Positions 19,539-29,799 of a stretch of DNA of 64,000 bases are shown here, in pieces. Under the pieces are notes generated by a model. The model worked only from the letters and a program-made list of their open reading frames with translations. It searched no databases and had not been told where the DNA came from. The DNA lies in the NCBI GenBank assembly GCA_963849325.1, contig CAWKHF010000006.1:64001-128000 (forward strand), written 5' to 3'. The position numbers and the translations under genes were made by a program. Source of the DNA: an uncultured Planctomycetota bacterium. GTDB taxonomy: Bacteria; Planctomycetota; Planctomycetia; Gemmatales; Gemmataceae. How positions within the stretch are numbered: the first letter of the stretch is position 1; the number at the start of each line of letters is the position of its first letter.

Positions 19539-19735
19539 CGGTCTTCCTCCAGGTACGATCCTTCGATCCCCATTCTACCCGGTCCACGCCAGCGGAGCCA
19601 CGGAGCGAATCCGCGGATCGACCCGGTTCCCCTTTGCCACGTCGGCCGGGAAGGAGTATGATGCCGTTACTCCACCCAAGCATCGGAGCGCGGCGGACGG
19701 CGTGACGGGGTTCTCGCACGCGGGAGGACGCAAAC

Positions 19736-19972
19736 ATGATCGTCAATGACAAACGCGAGGTGTCCGGCCAAAGCCAGCGGGCCCACGAACTTCTGCTGGC
19801 GCATCTGCGGGCGGCCGACGCTCCGTCCTGGCCCGGCGCGGATGGCGTGACGCTCGAAGAAGTCCTTCTCAGTTATCCGCAGGCCGCCGCCGAAGGACTC
19901 GTCCCCGACCTGCGGACGCTGATCGAGCAGAACCCCGAGCTGGCCAACGTCCTGCGCGATTTCTTCGATTAA
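19736..19972 (+). CDS. Hypothetical protein
   Basis: GGAGG RBS; 78-aa ORF with normal codon bias. Confidence 0.55.
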   Translation: MIVNDKREVSGQSQRAHELLLAHLRAADAPSWPGADGVTLEEVLLSYPQAAAEGLVPDLRTLIEQNPELANVLRDFFD

Positions 19973-20041
19973 AACGATGCCTAGGTCGCCGCTCCGGTCA
20001 ACACGCCCTGCAACCGCGCCTCGACGTGTCCGCCATTTCCT

Positions 20042-21509
20042 TCAGGCCATCAGCCGCGCCATCAACTCCCGCTCCGCTTGAGCGCTGATGGCGAGCAAGA
20101 GTAAATCGAGGGGCAAAGTCCCAATCCCCCCGGTACTTTTTCCGGCGCGCGGGGAAGGAGGTCGGGGGCGACCAGGAAAGCGCGGCCCTGGAAGCGCGGG
20201 AACCGCTCCACGAACGCTTGCAAGCCCCTGCGGTGGTGGGAACCGGAGGAGCCGATCTCGAAGGCCAGCGGACGCTCCGGGTGATCGTAGATGAGATCGA
20301 TTTCCTCGTTCCCTTGTCTCCAGTGGTACACGCGAACCTGGCCTTGCTGACTGAGGGCGTGCAAATGACCGGCCACCAAGTTTTCCAGGAGTAATCCCAT
20401 CTCCGCGGCGTCGTTCAAGGGGGCGAGGCCGCGCTGCAGCGCGGCATTGCGCACGGCCCCATCGACGAAGTACAGCTTGCGGCCGCGCTTCTGCTTGGAC
20501 GCCTCGCTCCCGGAGTAGTTCTCCAAGCTGAACACCAGAAAGGCGCGCTCCAGGTAAGCGAGATAGCGATCGAACGTCGGCTGAGAGAGGCCATCGAGTC
20601 CTTGGCAGATCGTCTTGGGAGATAAAACCCCCGTGACCTGGCCCGCCAGCGTGTAAAGCATCCGCTCCAGGAGCTTCGGACTTTGCACGCCAAACGTCTG
20701 GGGGATGTCTTTGTAAATGGCCCGCTCAACGGCGTCGTTGCGCAAGGTGCGCTGCGATTGGAGCAGGACCGATTGCTCGTCGCTGGGATGGTCCTTGCCG
20801 CCGATGAGCAATTCGGGAAACCCTCCGGTCAAGAGAAAACGGCGGCGAAGGTCGGCCAGGCCGCTCACGGCCGGACCCTCCACGATGCAGGCGTCGATGG
20901 TTTCGGCCAGGGAAGCCCCCACGGGGACCGTCACGGAACGGCCCAACAAATCGAGGTATTCGGTGAACAGGTAGGGAGCGAGATATTGTTCCTCCCACCG
21001 GCCGACACCGCTTTCCAACCGGCGATCGCGCAAGGCCGCCGTCGAGCTGGAGGAGCCGAGAATGCGGAGGGGCCAGGTTTCATCGTAAAAAGTCTTCAGC
21101 CAGAGGTCCCACTTGTCCGCGTAGGTCAGTTCGTCCAGAAAGAGGTAAGCTGGGTCGGCGGTCGTCGTGAAGATGGAACGAACTAACTCTCCAAGCGGGA
21201 TCTCCATCAGCAGAGGGTGATCCAGTCGCAGCCACCAGAGCCGTTGACGCGGCACTCCCTCCGCTAAGAGATGCTTGACGGTCTGGTACATGGAGGTGGT
21301 CTTGCCGACCCGGCGTGGACCGAGAACCAATTGGAATCGGCGTGGCTTCTCGCGCGCAGCCTTTGCCACAAGGAACGCACGAGCGGTCTTTCGACTTGCC
21401 GCGCCCAGGCATCCGGTACTTTGCCGTCGTGGTGCCAGGGGTTTTGCTCGTTGAAGACCTGCTCGTAATCCGCAACACTCGGTCGCCAAGTTGGGTGCCG
21501 AGAAGCCAT
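20042..21509 (-). CDS. AAA_14-type ATPase with DUF4143-like C-terminal domain (frameshifts ~21360 and ~20130)
   Basis: 'EQNPWH', Walker A 'GPRRVGKT', Walker B 'LFLDE', 'LTGGFPE', 'KLYFVD', 'LENLV', 'EIDLI...FEI'. Confidence 0.85.
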
Positions 21510-21667
21510 GCAGATTAGCTTAAATATTTATTCTAAATCGTCAATAGCATAATCCATGTGAATTCTATTTGCAAATTAAGCATCAATTGGGTGAGAAAGT
21601 GAAGTTTATTGGGGTCTCCAAAAGGCACCTAAGTGATACCCCCAGTTGAAGGCCACCCCGCTTTCCC

Positions 21668-23237
21668 TCACGTCTCCGTGAGGACGCCCTGCAACCGCGC
21701 CTTCGACGTGTCCGCCACCTCCTGATGCAGCGATTGACCGTGCGCGTCCATCGTCACCACGGCGGGGAAGTCCTTGACGCGCAGCACCCACACCGCCTCG
21801 GGACTGCCGAACTTCTCCTTCAGATGCACGCCCTCGACCTTCTCGACGCAGCGCGCGTAAATCTGCGCCGCGCCGCCGATGGCGTGCAGGTAGACGCAGC
21901 CGTGTTCCCGGCACGCTTGCAGCGTCTTGGCGCCCATGCCGCCCTTACCGATGACGGCCTTGATGCCATAGCGCCCAATGATGTCGGCCTGGTACGGCTC
22001 CTCGCGGATCGACGTCGTCGGCCCCGCCGCGATGACGCGATAAGAATCCTTCTCTTCGAGCACCACGGGGCCGCAGTGGTAGAGGATGCCATCCTTCAGC
22101 ATCGGCAGATCGCCGCCCTTGCACAGGTACTTGTGGACCTCATCGCGGCCGGTGTAGACGGTGCCGCTCAGTAAGACGATGTCGCCGGCCTTCAGCTTGC
22201 GCACGTCGGCCTCGCTTAGCGGCGTGGTCAGCGCGATCGCCTTCTGACCGCTGGCGCCGAGGTCGAGCAACTCGACCCCCTCACCCCCACCCTCTCCCCC
22301 TGGAGGGGGAGAGGGCAGGGTGAGGGGGTCGAACTCGCCGCGAGCCTGGTAGGGCCAGTCAACCACGTCGCCGACGGTATCGAGCACGACGCCGCGGCGG
22401 CGGTAGGCCCAGCACATGTACGCGATGCTGACGAAGAACGACGCCGGCAGACGATTGCGCGCGCCAACCTTGCAACTGCCGACCGTCAGCTTGCCGCCGA
22501 AGCCCATCGGGCCGATGGCGAGCTGGTTGGCCTCGTCGAGAATGCGTGCCTCCAGGGCCGCCAGCTCCGGCACCGGGTTGGTATCGTCCAGCTCGCGCAG
22601 CAGCTGCTCCTTGGCGAACTCGTAGCCAGTGGCGCGATCGCCGCCGACGCAGACGCCGAGGAAACCGGGTCCGCAGCCCTTGCCCTGAGCGTTCCACACG
22701 GCATCGAGGATGCAGGCGCGCACGCCGTCGAGGTCGCGGTCGCAGCGCTTGCCGCCCAGCGTCGCCGGCAGCGAATACTGGGCGCTCATGTTCTCGCAAC
22801 CGCCGCCCTTGAGGACAAGGCGGATGTCGATGGTGTCCTGGCGATGCTGGTGCCAGTGGAAGACCGGACTGCCGGGACCGAGGTTGTTGCCGGTGTTCTT
22901 GCCGGTGACGCTATCGACCGAGTTTTGCCGCAGGTAGCCCTTGGCCGTGGCCTCGACGACGGCCTCGCGGCACAGCTCCTCCAGCTCCAGCTGATCGAAG
23001 CCGACCGGCGTTCGCACGTAAAACGTGATGGTGCCGGTGTCCTGGCAGATGGGAGGCGCTGAGCCGCTTGGCCAGGCCAATGTTCTGCGACACCAGGTCC
23101 AGCGCCAGGCTGGCCTTGGAGCCTTGCTGTTCGAGGGCGCGATGCATCTCGAGGACCTGCGTCACATCCGGCGGCAGGAACGCGGAGGTGCGGCGGATCA
23201 GTTCGAGGACATGGGCGTGGAACTTGCTGGCGCTCAT
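21668..23237 (-). CDS. Class I (Fe-S) fumarate hydratase, fused alpha/beta type (frameshift ~23060)
   Basis: 'PICQDTG', 'LRQNSV', 'KGGGCEN', 'GPMGFGG', 'YTGRD', 'GPTTSIR', 'IGKGGM', 'EAVWVL..FPAVVTMD'. Confidence 0.92.
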
Positions 23238-23291
23238 GGGAGACGATCTCCAGGTATGTGGGCGGCTATCATCATCCTATGCACGAAGAGA

Positions 23292-23360
23292 TGATCGTTT
23301 AGCCGCGACGCGCAGCGGAGCGCGCGACGCGCTCCGCTGCGCGTCGCGGCTAAACGATCA
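23292..23360. repeat. Palindromic REP-like element (family A)
   Basis: 33-bp arms tgatcgtttagccgcgacgcgcagcggagcgcg; copies at 29866, 32444, 36148 and 61258. Confidence 0.92.
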
Positions 23361-25049
23361 CTCCCCCGCCGGCACGTCCACCTGCACGGCCTGCAAAACC
23401 TCCTTGCTCTTGTCGTCCTGGATGAAGGCGACGACCTTGAGGTGCCGCAAGTTCAACGGCCGTTCGTCGTCCAAAAACGGCTGGTCCTTGGCGGACTTGT
23501 CGAGGTAATTCCTCAGCGTCTTCTTCACGTCGGCGACATCGACGGCGACTTTCTTGCTCGCCGTCGCCTCCAGCAAGGCGAAGCCCTTGACGCCGCCGGG
23601 AAAGGACCGCACGACGTGATGGTGCAGACGCTGGCGATTGCGGCCGGGATAGCGCACCACTTCCTCGACCAGGGCGAAGTGCAGCCGTACCCGGTCGCCG
23701 GGCTTGTCGAGATCGCTCACCTCGGCCGCCAGCTCGATTTTGTCGCCGGTGCGCCGCACGTCCAGCTTGAGGTTGGCCCCGGCATTCTTTTGCAGCCGTT
23801 CGTCGAGTTGTTTGCGGAGTGCATCGTAGCTCTCCTGGCTGTCTCCGGCGCCGCCACCCAGCAACTCGGTCGGCCGACCGTCGAGGAAGGCCGTCGGCGT
23901 GCCTTCGATGGCCTTGCCATAGTATTCCGATCGTGCCACGCTGTCGGCGTTGGTCAGCGGGTCCGGGCCGGGAACGTGCAGGTGATACTGCAACAGCACA
24001 ACGTCGCTGGTCTTGTAGGTCTTCAGGACGGCGTCGAAGGCGATGTCGGCGGCCACGCACGGCGGACACTGGGCGCCGGTGAACAGCTCCAGCAGGACAA
24101 CGCGGTCACTGCCGCGCTGGCGGCGCGGCGGCGCGGCCGGCTGGAAGGGGATGGCGTTCCTGGCGAACTCCTCATCGAGCTGATTATCCAGCTTGGCGAG
24201 GCGAGCGTGTACCGCGCGGGCCTCGCCGTCCTTGCCGGCCTTGGCCAGCGCACGGGCCAGGATCTTGAGGACGGCGGCTTGCTGCTCCAGCGGATCGGTC
24301 GGGGCGAGTTGCTTCTCCGCCTTTTGAGCGTACTCCAGGGCCAGTTCGGCGTGCCGGCCGGCCGACAGCAGCGCGCGGGCGACCGCGAAGGCGGCGTGTA
24401 GCTCCAGCTCGCGGCCATAGCGCGCCGCTTCCTGGAGGTACGAGTCCGCGGCGGCACGGACTTTCTCCGCCGCGCCGCCGGAGACGGCCAGATCGACGAG
24501 CAACTCGGCCGCGGCCAGCGCCACCGGCTCGCCGACATGCTTCTTCGCCAACTCCTTCAACCCCTCTTGCTGCTTGCGCGCGTCCTTGACCTCTTGCAGC
24601 CGAACGAACTCGTCGAAGCCGGGGCTGTCCTTGACGGCGTCCTTCTCGGCGAGGCTCGTCTGTTCGGTGCGTTCCAGGATCAGCGGATCGACCTCTCCGG
24701 GTCCGGCATGGACGGAGCCGAGCAGTTTTTTCGACTTTTCCTCTCCCTTTGGGGCGTAGCCGATCAGGTGCAGCGGCGTGCCGCGCACGCGCAGCGTGAA
24801 GCGGAGCGAACGCGCTTCGACCGCGACGTCCTCCAGGCGGGCGTCCTTGATCGCGGCGGGCGCGAGCACCTGGATCGCCGGCTTGTCGCCCTTGTCCTCG
24901 ACCCGGACGAGGGCGAGAGTGATCTCCTTGCCCTCGCTGACGACGGTGACTTTCCAGTTGCCGGCCAGCGGCGCCGCCGCCGGCGCGGCCGGGGCCAGTC
25001 CGACGACCGCTACCACGAGAATCGACCATTTCTTCCACGCCTTGCCCAT
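23358..25049 (-). CDS. Secreted protein with helical repeats, a thioredoxin-like CPPC domain and an Ig-like C-terminus
   Basis: Signal peptide; 'LLELFTGAQCPPCVAAD', 'LQYHLHVPGPDP', 'HHHVVR', 'VVAFIQD'. Confidence 0.75.
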   Translation of the reverse strand: MGKAWKKWSILVVAVVGLAPAAPAAAPLAGNWKVTVVSEGKEITLALVRVEDKGDKPAIQVLAPAAIKDARLEDVAVEARSLRFTLRVRGTPLHLIGYAPKGEEKSKKLLGSVHAGPGEVDPLILERTEQTSLAEKDAVKDSPGFDEFVRLQEVKDARKQQEGLKELAKKHVGEPVALAAAELLVDLAVSGGAAEKVRAAADSYLQEAARYGRELELHAAFAVARALLSAGRHAELALEYAQKAEKQLAPTDPLEQQAAVLKILARALAKAGKDGEARAVHARLAKLDNQLDEEFARNAIPFQPAAPPRRQRGSDRVVLLELFTGAQCPPCVAADIAFDAVLKTYKTSDVVLLQYHLHVPGPDPLTNADSVARSEYYGKAIEGTPTAFLDGRPTELLGGGAGDSQESYDALRKQLDERLQKNAGANLKLDVRRTGDKIELAAEVSDLDKPGDRVRLHFALVEEVVRYPGRNRQRLHHHVVRSFPGGVKGFALLEATASKKVAVDVADVKKTLRNYLDKSAKDQPFLDDERPLNLRHLKVVAFIQDDKSKEVLQAVQVDVPAGE

Positions 25050-25205
25050 GACGATCTCCTTGCTTGGCCGATCCGCGCGGCCGCGGGTCGGCTGGGTCCA
25101 TTCGGGTCGCCCTGGCTGTTTTATGACTTCACGGCTCGCCCGCGCCGGCCGGAGTGCTAGGATAGCGTCAACGTTCCTCGATCTCGATTCCGGAAAGGAC
25201 TACCC

Positions 25206-26030
25206 ATGACCTCTCCCGCCTCCGCCGCCAGCCGTATCGTCGCGCTGTGGCGTTATCCGGTCAAATCGATGCAGGGCGAGGAGCTGAACGCCAGCGCCGT
25301 CAGCGAGCGCGGCCTGCTCGGCGATCGAGCCTACGCCCTGGTCGATGCCCGCGACGGCAAGATCGGCAGCGCCAAGAACCCGCGCAAATGGCCGAACCTG
25401 TTCGCCTTCCAGGCCGCCTACCGCGAGCCGCCGCGTCCAGGCGCCGCCGTCCCGCCCGTCCACATCACCCTGCCGGATGGCACGCGCACCAGCAGCGCCG
25501 AGCCGGGCCTGTCGGCGATGCTGGCGCCGATCCTCGGCCGGGACGTGGCGCTGCACGCGGCGGCGCCGGACAAGCCGATCCTGGAGGAGTATTGGCCGGA
25601 CCTGGAAGGACTGGATCACCGCGACGCCGTCACCGACGAGACGATGCCGGCGGGCACGTTCTTCGACCTCGCCCCCGTCCATCTGCTGACGACGGCGACC
25701 CTCGACCGTCTCCGCGCCCTGTATCCGCAGGGGCGCTTCGAGACGCGCCGCTTCCGTCCCAACATCGTGGTACACGTGGACGGCGCCCAGCCGGCGTTCG
25801 TGGAGAATGACTGGGTGGGGCGGACGCTGCGGCTGGGTTCGGAGGTGCGGCTGAAGATCACGAAGCCGTGCGGGCGCTGCGTCATGACGACGCTGCCGCA
25901 GTCGGATTTGCCGAACGATCCTGGCATCCTGCGGACGGCCGTGCAGCAGAACAAGGGCCACGTCGGCGTCTACGCCACCGTCCTGCACGGCGGCACCGTC
26001 CGCCGCGGCGACGCCGTCCAGTTGGAGTAG
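25206..26030 (+). CDS. MOSC-domain protein
   Basis: 'LWRYPVKSMQGE', 'GDRAYA', 'RRFRPNIV', 'PCGRCVMT', 'GVYATV..GGTVRRGD'. Confidence 0.92.
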   Translation: MTSPASAASRIVALWRYPVKSMQGEELNASAVSERGLLGDRAYALVDARDGKIGSAKNPRKWPNLFAFQAAYREPPRPGAAVPPVHITLPDGTRTSSAEPGLSAMLAPILGRDVALHAAAPDKPILEEYWPDLEGLDHRDAVTDETMPAGTFFDLAPVHLLTTATLDRLRALYPQGRFETRRFRPNIVVHVDGAQPAFVENDWVGRTLRLGSEVRLKITKPCGRCVMTTLPQSDLPNDPGILRTAVQQNKGHVGVYATVLHGGTVRRGDAVQLE

Positions 26031-26036
26031 TCGGCC

Positions 26037-26390
26037 TCAACCCTGGCTGGCGGAGGCCGAGATCCTGGACCTCGTTGTACGCCAGGGTCTTGTCGAAGTG
26101 GACCCCGATGCAGTGCGTGCCGTCGGCTAGCGCCGCGCACCAGCGGACGCGGGCCGACAGGGTCAGCGGCCGCACGTGCCACGGTCCCTCCACGCTCAGG
26201 GTGACTTCCTGCCCGCTGTCCAGCGGCGACGCGACCACGAGACGGGCGCCGTCGGTGGACACGTCGAGCAGCGCCGCGCCATATCCGCTCCCATCCCCCA
26301 CGATCCCTTCTGGCAACGCACCTTGACCATGCTCTTGGAGAGTCGCCGGCGCGAACGGCGGCGGTTGGACGGATCGGTTGGCTGGCTCAT
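26037..26390 (-). CDS. PilZ-domain protein (frameshift ~26275; 3' end uncertain)
   Basis: 'NRRRSRR' RxxxR, 'DVSTDGA' DxSxxG, 'ARVRWC', 'IGVHF'. Confidence 0.8.
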
Positions 26391-26631
26391 GACGGACCTC
26401 CCGCCACAAGCGTAGGTCACGAACCGAGAGCGAGCAACCAGCCCTCTCCGGTCGCCAAACCCCCCACAATTAGGGAACGGATGTTCACAAAAACAACTTT
26501 CTTGAAAAAAAATGGAAAAATAGTCGGAATTCTTGTCCGATTTCGCGCGCCGATTTCGATGGAATATATAGCGGAACATTTCTCTTCGACGCCGCGGCGT
26601 CGGACCCTCCCCCTCCAAGCAGGAGCGAGCC

Positions 26632-26838
26632 ATGAATACGGATGAGTTTCTGCGTATGCTGACGAGCATCAGCAAGCGTCTGGCCACCCTCGGCGATCAA
26701 GCCCACGAGACGCGCGAACAGGCCCAGCACACCCTCGACCGGATCTATCTGCTGCGCGAAGACGTCGAACAACTACGGCGCCGGCTGTTGGCCGAGGGGG
26801 AGACGCCGACGCCGGCGCTCTCGGAGGGTCGGCGCTGA
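26632..26838 (+). CDS. Small coiled-coil hypothetical protein
   Basis: AGGAG RBS; 68-aa heptad-rich ORF. Confidence 0.55.
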   Translation: MNTDEFLRMLTSISKRLATLGDQAHETREQAQHTLDRIYLLREDVEQLRRRLLAEGETPTPALSEGRR

Positions 26839-26864
26839 GCGTCAAGCAAAGATACAATGGGGAT

Positions 26865-27306
26865 TACGCCCGGCAGGATTCGAACCTGCGACCACCGGTT
26901 TCTTGCCACGACGAGTTTCCCCGCCGCCCTGGAGCGTTCGTGGTCTGGACTGTCTCTTCGCCATGCCATCGTGGTGTAGGCGGTGACCGTACAGTCTCTG
27001 CACAAGGAACTGACTTGAACCGTAGGAGGCGCGATGACCACAGCAGCTTCAAATCAACTCTTGCTCAGGATTGCCGTGGCCGTAGGTCCGTTCCGCAGCC
27101 GAAAGGCCCGGAACTCGAAACTCTCCTGACGTTCCCTGGCGGTCCAGAGGAGCAACGTCCTGGCTCCTCGGGTACCGTGGAGGATTCGATCGCGGATTTG
27201 GTACGGCTTTAGGTTTTCCTGATCAGGTCACATTCATCGCGCGGTTTCCCCTCGCGATGCCCAATTACCTAGGAAACCGATGCTCTATCCCCTGAGCTAC
27301 GGGCGC
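26865..27306 (-). tRNA. tRNA-Arg(CCU), split by an intron; exons 27306-27271 and 26901-26865; no encoded CCA
   Basis: Spliced sequence GCGCCCGTAGCTCAGGGGATAGAGCATCGGTTTCCT|AAACCGGTGGTCGCAGGTTCGAATCCTGCCGGGCGTA folds as a cloverleaf with anticodon loop TTCCTAA. Confidence 0.95.
26902..27270 (-). ncRNA. Group I self-splicing intron (IC3-like), 369 nt, no ORF
   Basis: 5' exon ends in U and intron ends in G; P1 CCU/AG-GUAA-UUGGG; Q GGCAATCCTGAGC; R GTGCAGAGACTGTACGG; S GAAGAGACAGTCC; P3 GTGACC/GGTCAC; P7 GACTGT/ACAGTC. Confidence 0.93.
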
Positions 27307-27398
27307 GTCCGCTCGGAGACGGATGTCTCCGAATAGCGGGACACTTCCTTTATATCACTCCGGCCGGCGGCAACAATGTCGTGCTCAGGGATCATTTT

Positions 27399-27477
27399 CA
27401 TCCGAGCCTGAAGCGTAAGCGAAGAGGACGATACCCTTGGGTTATCGTCCTCTTCGCTTACGCTTCAGGCTCGGATG
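27399..27477. repeat. Palindromic REP-like element (family B)
   Basis: catccgagcctgaagcgtaagcgaagaggacgata ... tatcgtcctcttcgcttacgcttcaggctcggatg. Confidence 0.9.
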
Positions 27478-27500
27478 GTTTTTTCCGTTCGTCCTTCGCT

Positions 27501-28472
27501 TCACGGGTTCGCGGGCGTCTCTTCGAGGATCGGCACCTCTTCCTTCTCCTCCTTGTCCGCGCGGCGGACGGCTGGCGTCTCCTTGTCGAAGCGTCCGGGG
27601 ACTTGCACTTCCTCCTTGCCGGCGCGTCCGGGGGGAGGGAGCGTCTCGGGGGAGGGAGCGGACGGGGGCGGCTCCTCGACCACGCGCAGGATGGCGCGGA
27701 AGCCGAAATCCTTGTGCGGCACGGCGCGGAACGGCTTCATGACCGTGTTCCAGCGCGAGTCGAATTTCGGGTCGGGGTCGAAGTCGGCGGCGGCGGAGCC
27801 GGGATGGCAACGACTCTTCTGCTGGTTGGCGTTGAGGGCGAAGGTTTGGTGCAGGCAGTAGGCGCCGGGCGTGGCCGGCACCTCCATCGGCCCAACACGG
27901 TCGTTGACGAGCAGGTTCTGGCCGCCGGCGACGCTGTGCGGCTTGACGCAGACGTTGAGCAGCTGCTGGCCGGCGAACTGGACGCAGGCGCAGCCGGCAC
28001 CGTGGTCCGCCGTGCCGCCTTCCGGCAGGGTCGAGTTCAGACAGCCGATGGCCCAGGCCGCCAGCGTCAGCCGCGGCGGCCGCAGACCCTTGCGCGTCGG
28101 CACGATCTCGAAATCCTGGTTCAGATCGAACTGCATCGACGCCGAGTCGGCCTGGTGCTCGGAGCCGGCGACCACGGCGCCGCGCATCAGCACCATGATC
28201 AGGTTCGGCTCCAGCTGCGTGACCTGGATGAAGCCGCCGCCGGTCTGGGCCTCCTTGCTCTTCTCCGGTGTCACCACGGCGCTGCGCGAGCGGAGGAGGA
28301 TCGCATAAGGCGGCTCCGGCGCGGCCGACCGGACAGGACCGGACAGCAAAGGCAGGCAAGCGGCGCAGACCAACAACAATGGGACCGCCGACGTTCGCAC
28401 CATATTGGCTCCTTCCCCTCTTCGCGGCCGAGCCTTCGCCAGGCTCCTCTCTTCCTTCGGTATCGATTTCAT
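27501..28472 (-). CDS. Secreted hypothetical protein (true start possibly ~28403)
   Basis: Signal-peptide-like 'LLLVCAACLPLL'; beta-rich body and Pro/Glu-rich tail; flanked by family B repeats. Confidence 0.65.
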   Translation of the reverse strand: MKSIPKEERSLAKARPRRGEGANMVRTSAVPLLLVCAACLPLLSGPVRSAAPEPPYAILLRSRSAVVTPEKSKEAQTGGGFIQVTQLEPNLIMVLMRGAVVAGSEHQADSASMQFDLNQDFEIVPTRKGLRPPRLTLAAWAIGCLNSTLPEGGTADHGAGCACVQFAGQQLLNVCVKPHSVAGGQNLLVNDRVGPMEVPATPGAYCLHQTFALNANQQKSRCHPGSAAADFDPDPKFDSRWNTVMKPFRAVPHKDFGFRAILRVVEEPPPSAPSPETLPPPGRAGKEEVQVPGRFDKETPAVRRADKEEKEEVPILEETPANP

Positions 28473-28527
28473 CGGCCGTCCGGTGGTGCGGCTTACAGGA
28501 TTTTTTCCGAAGATTTCGGCGCAGGAA

Positions 28528-28578
28528 CCGAGCCTGAAGCGTCCGCGAAGACAATCTTCGCTGACGCTTCAGGCTCGG
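28528..28578. repeat. Palindromic REP-like element (family B)
   Basis: ccgagcctgaagcgtccgcgaaga ... tcttcgctgacgcttcaggctcgg. Confidence 0.85.
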
Positions 28579-28597
28579 ACAATCAAGGCCTCGATGC

Positions 28598-29706
28598 TCA
28601 CTCCGACGACGATGCGGCCCGACGGCGCGAACCTTTGGAGGTCGTCTCCGGCTCGGCCGGAGCGGGCGCCGGTTCCGCCGTCTGACCGTCGCTGTCGGCG
28701 ACGGCGCCGGCCGGCGTCAGCAGGCCGCGCTTCTCCAGCACCTTGCGGCTGATCTCTTCAACCAGGGCCGGATTGTCGCGCAGGAACTGCTTGGCGTTCT
28801 CGCGGCCATTGCCCAGGCGAATGTCGCCGTAACTGTGATGGCCGCCGCTCTTCTGAATGATCTCGTCCTCGATGCCCAGGTCGATCAGGTCGCCCTCGCG
28901 GCTGATGCCGCGGTCGTGCATCAGGTCGAACTCGGCCTGCCGGAACGGCGGCGCCACCTTGTTCTTGACCACGCGCACCTTGGTCCGCGAGCCGACCGTC
29001 ACGTCGCCTTCCTTGATGCCCGTCACCTTGCGGACGTCCAGGCGAACCGAGCTGTAGAACTTCAGGGCCAAACCGCCGGAGGTCGTCTCGGGATTGCCGA
29101 ACATGACGCCGATCTTCTGGCGGATCTGGTTGATGAAGATCATGCAGGTGCGCGTCCGAGCGATGGTCGGATTGAGGATGCGCAGGGCCTGGCTCATGAG
29201 GCGGGCCTGGATGCCGACGTGCGAATCGCCGATCTCGCCCTCGATCTCGGCCGCGGCACCAGGGCGGCCACGGAGTCGATGACGATCAGATCGACGGCAT
29301 TGGACTTGACCAGCATCTCGGCGATGCGCAGCGCCTCCTCGGCGTGGCCGGGCTGGCTGACGAGCAGGCTTTCCAGATCGACGCCGAGGCGCTTGGCCCA
29401 GCCGGGATCGAGGGCGTGCTCGGCGTCGATGTAGGCGGCGACGCCGCCCTGCTTCTGCGCGTTGGCCACCGCATGCAGGGCCACCGTCGTCTTGCCGCTG
29501 GACTCCGGCCCGAAAATCTCGATGATGCGGCCGCGCGGCAAACCGCGCCCGCCCAGGGCGATGTCCAGACTCAGCGCCCCGGTCGGAATGCCCTGCACGT
29601 CCAGGTGCGAGCTTTCGCCCAGCTGCATGATCGAGCCTTTGCCGATGTCCTTCTCGATCTGCGCCAGTACGTTCTTCAGTTCCTTGCTCTGCGACGGTTC
29701 GGCCAT
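28598..29706 (-). CDS. recA: Recombinase A (apparent frameshift ~29255)
   Basis: 'GPESSGKTT', 'IDAEHALD', 'IDSVAAL', 'MSQALR', '[19 protein letters not shown]', '[10 protein letters not shown]', 'KNKVAPPF'. Confidence 0.97.
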
Positions 29707-29782
29707 GTTTTTCCCCTCGTGAATCGATGGATGGCAGCGACGGCTGCTGGTATTCCGGATCGGTTTTTTGCCCCGTGTAACT

Positions 29783-29799
29783 GTACAGATGTTAGTATA
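29783..29799 (-). promoter_or_regulatory. Candidate recA -10 element (TATACT) adjacent to a GTAC-N4-GTTA palindrome-like site
   Basis: AT-rich patch ctgtacagatgttagtataa about 80 bp upstream of recA. Confidence 0.3.

Noticed and set aside
26865-26901. tRNA 3' fragment as a prophage or island att site
   Set aside because: The matching 5' half lies 369 nt away across a complete group I core, and there is no integrase nearby.
26745-27212. ORFs across the tRNA region, including a possible homing endonuclease
   Set aside because: They are short, have no LAGLIDADG, HNH or GIY-YIG motif, and overlap the tRNA exons and intron core.
28598-29706. recA, XPB, fumarase and many other genes as pseudogenes or programmed frameshifts
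   Set aside because: Frameshifts are scattered over unrelated genes, mostly single-base losses in GC-rich runs, with intact motifs on both sides. This pattern fits long-read consensus error. Read polishing would settle it.
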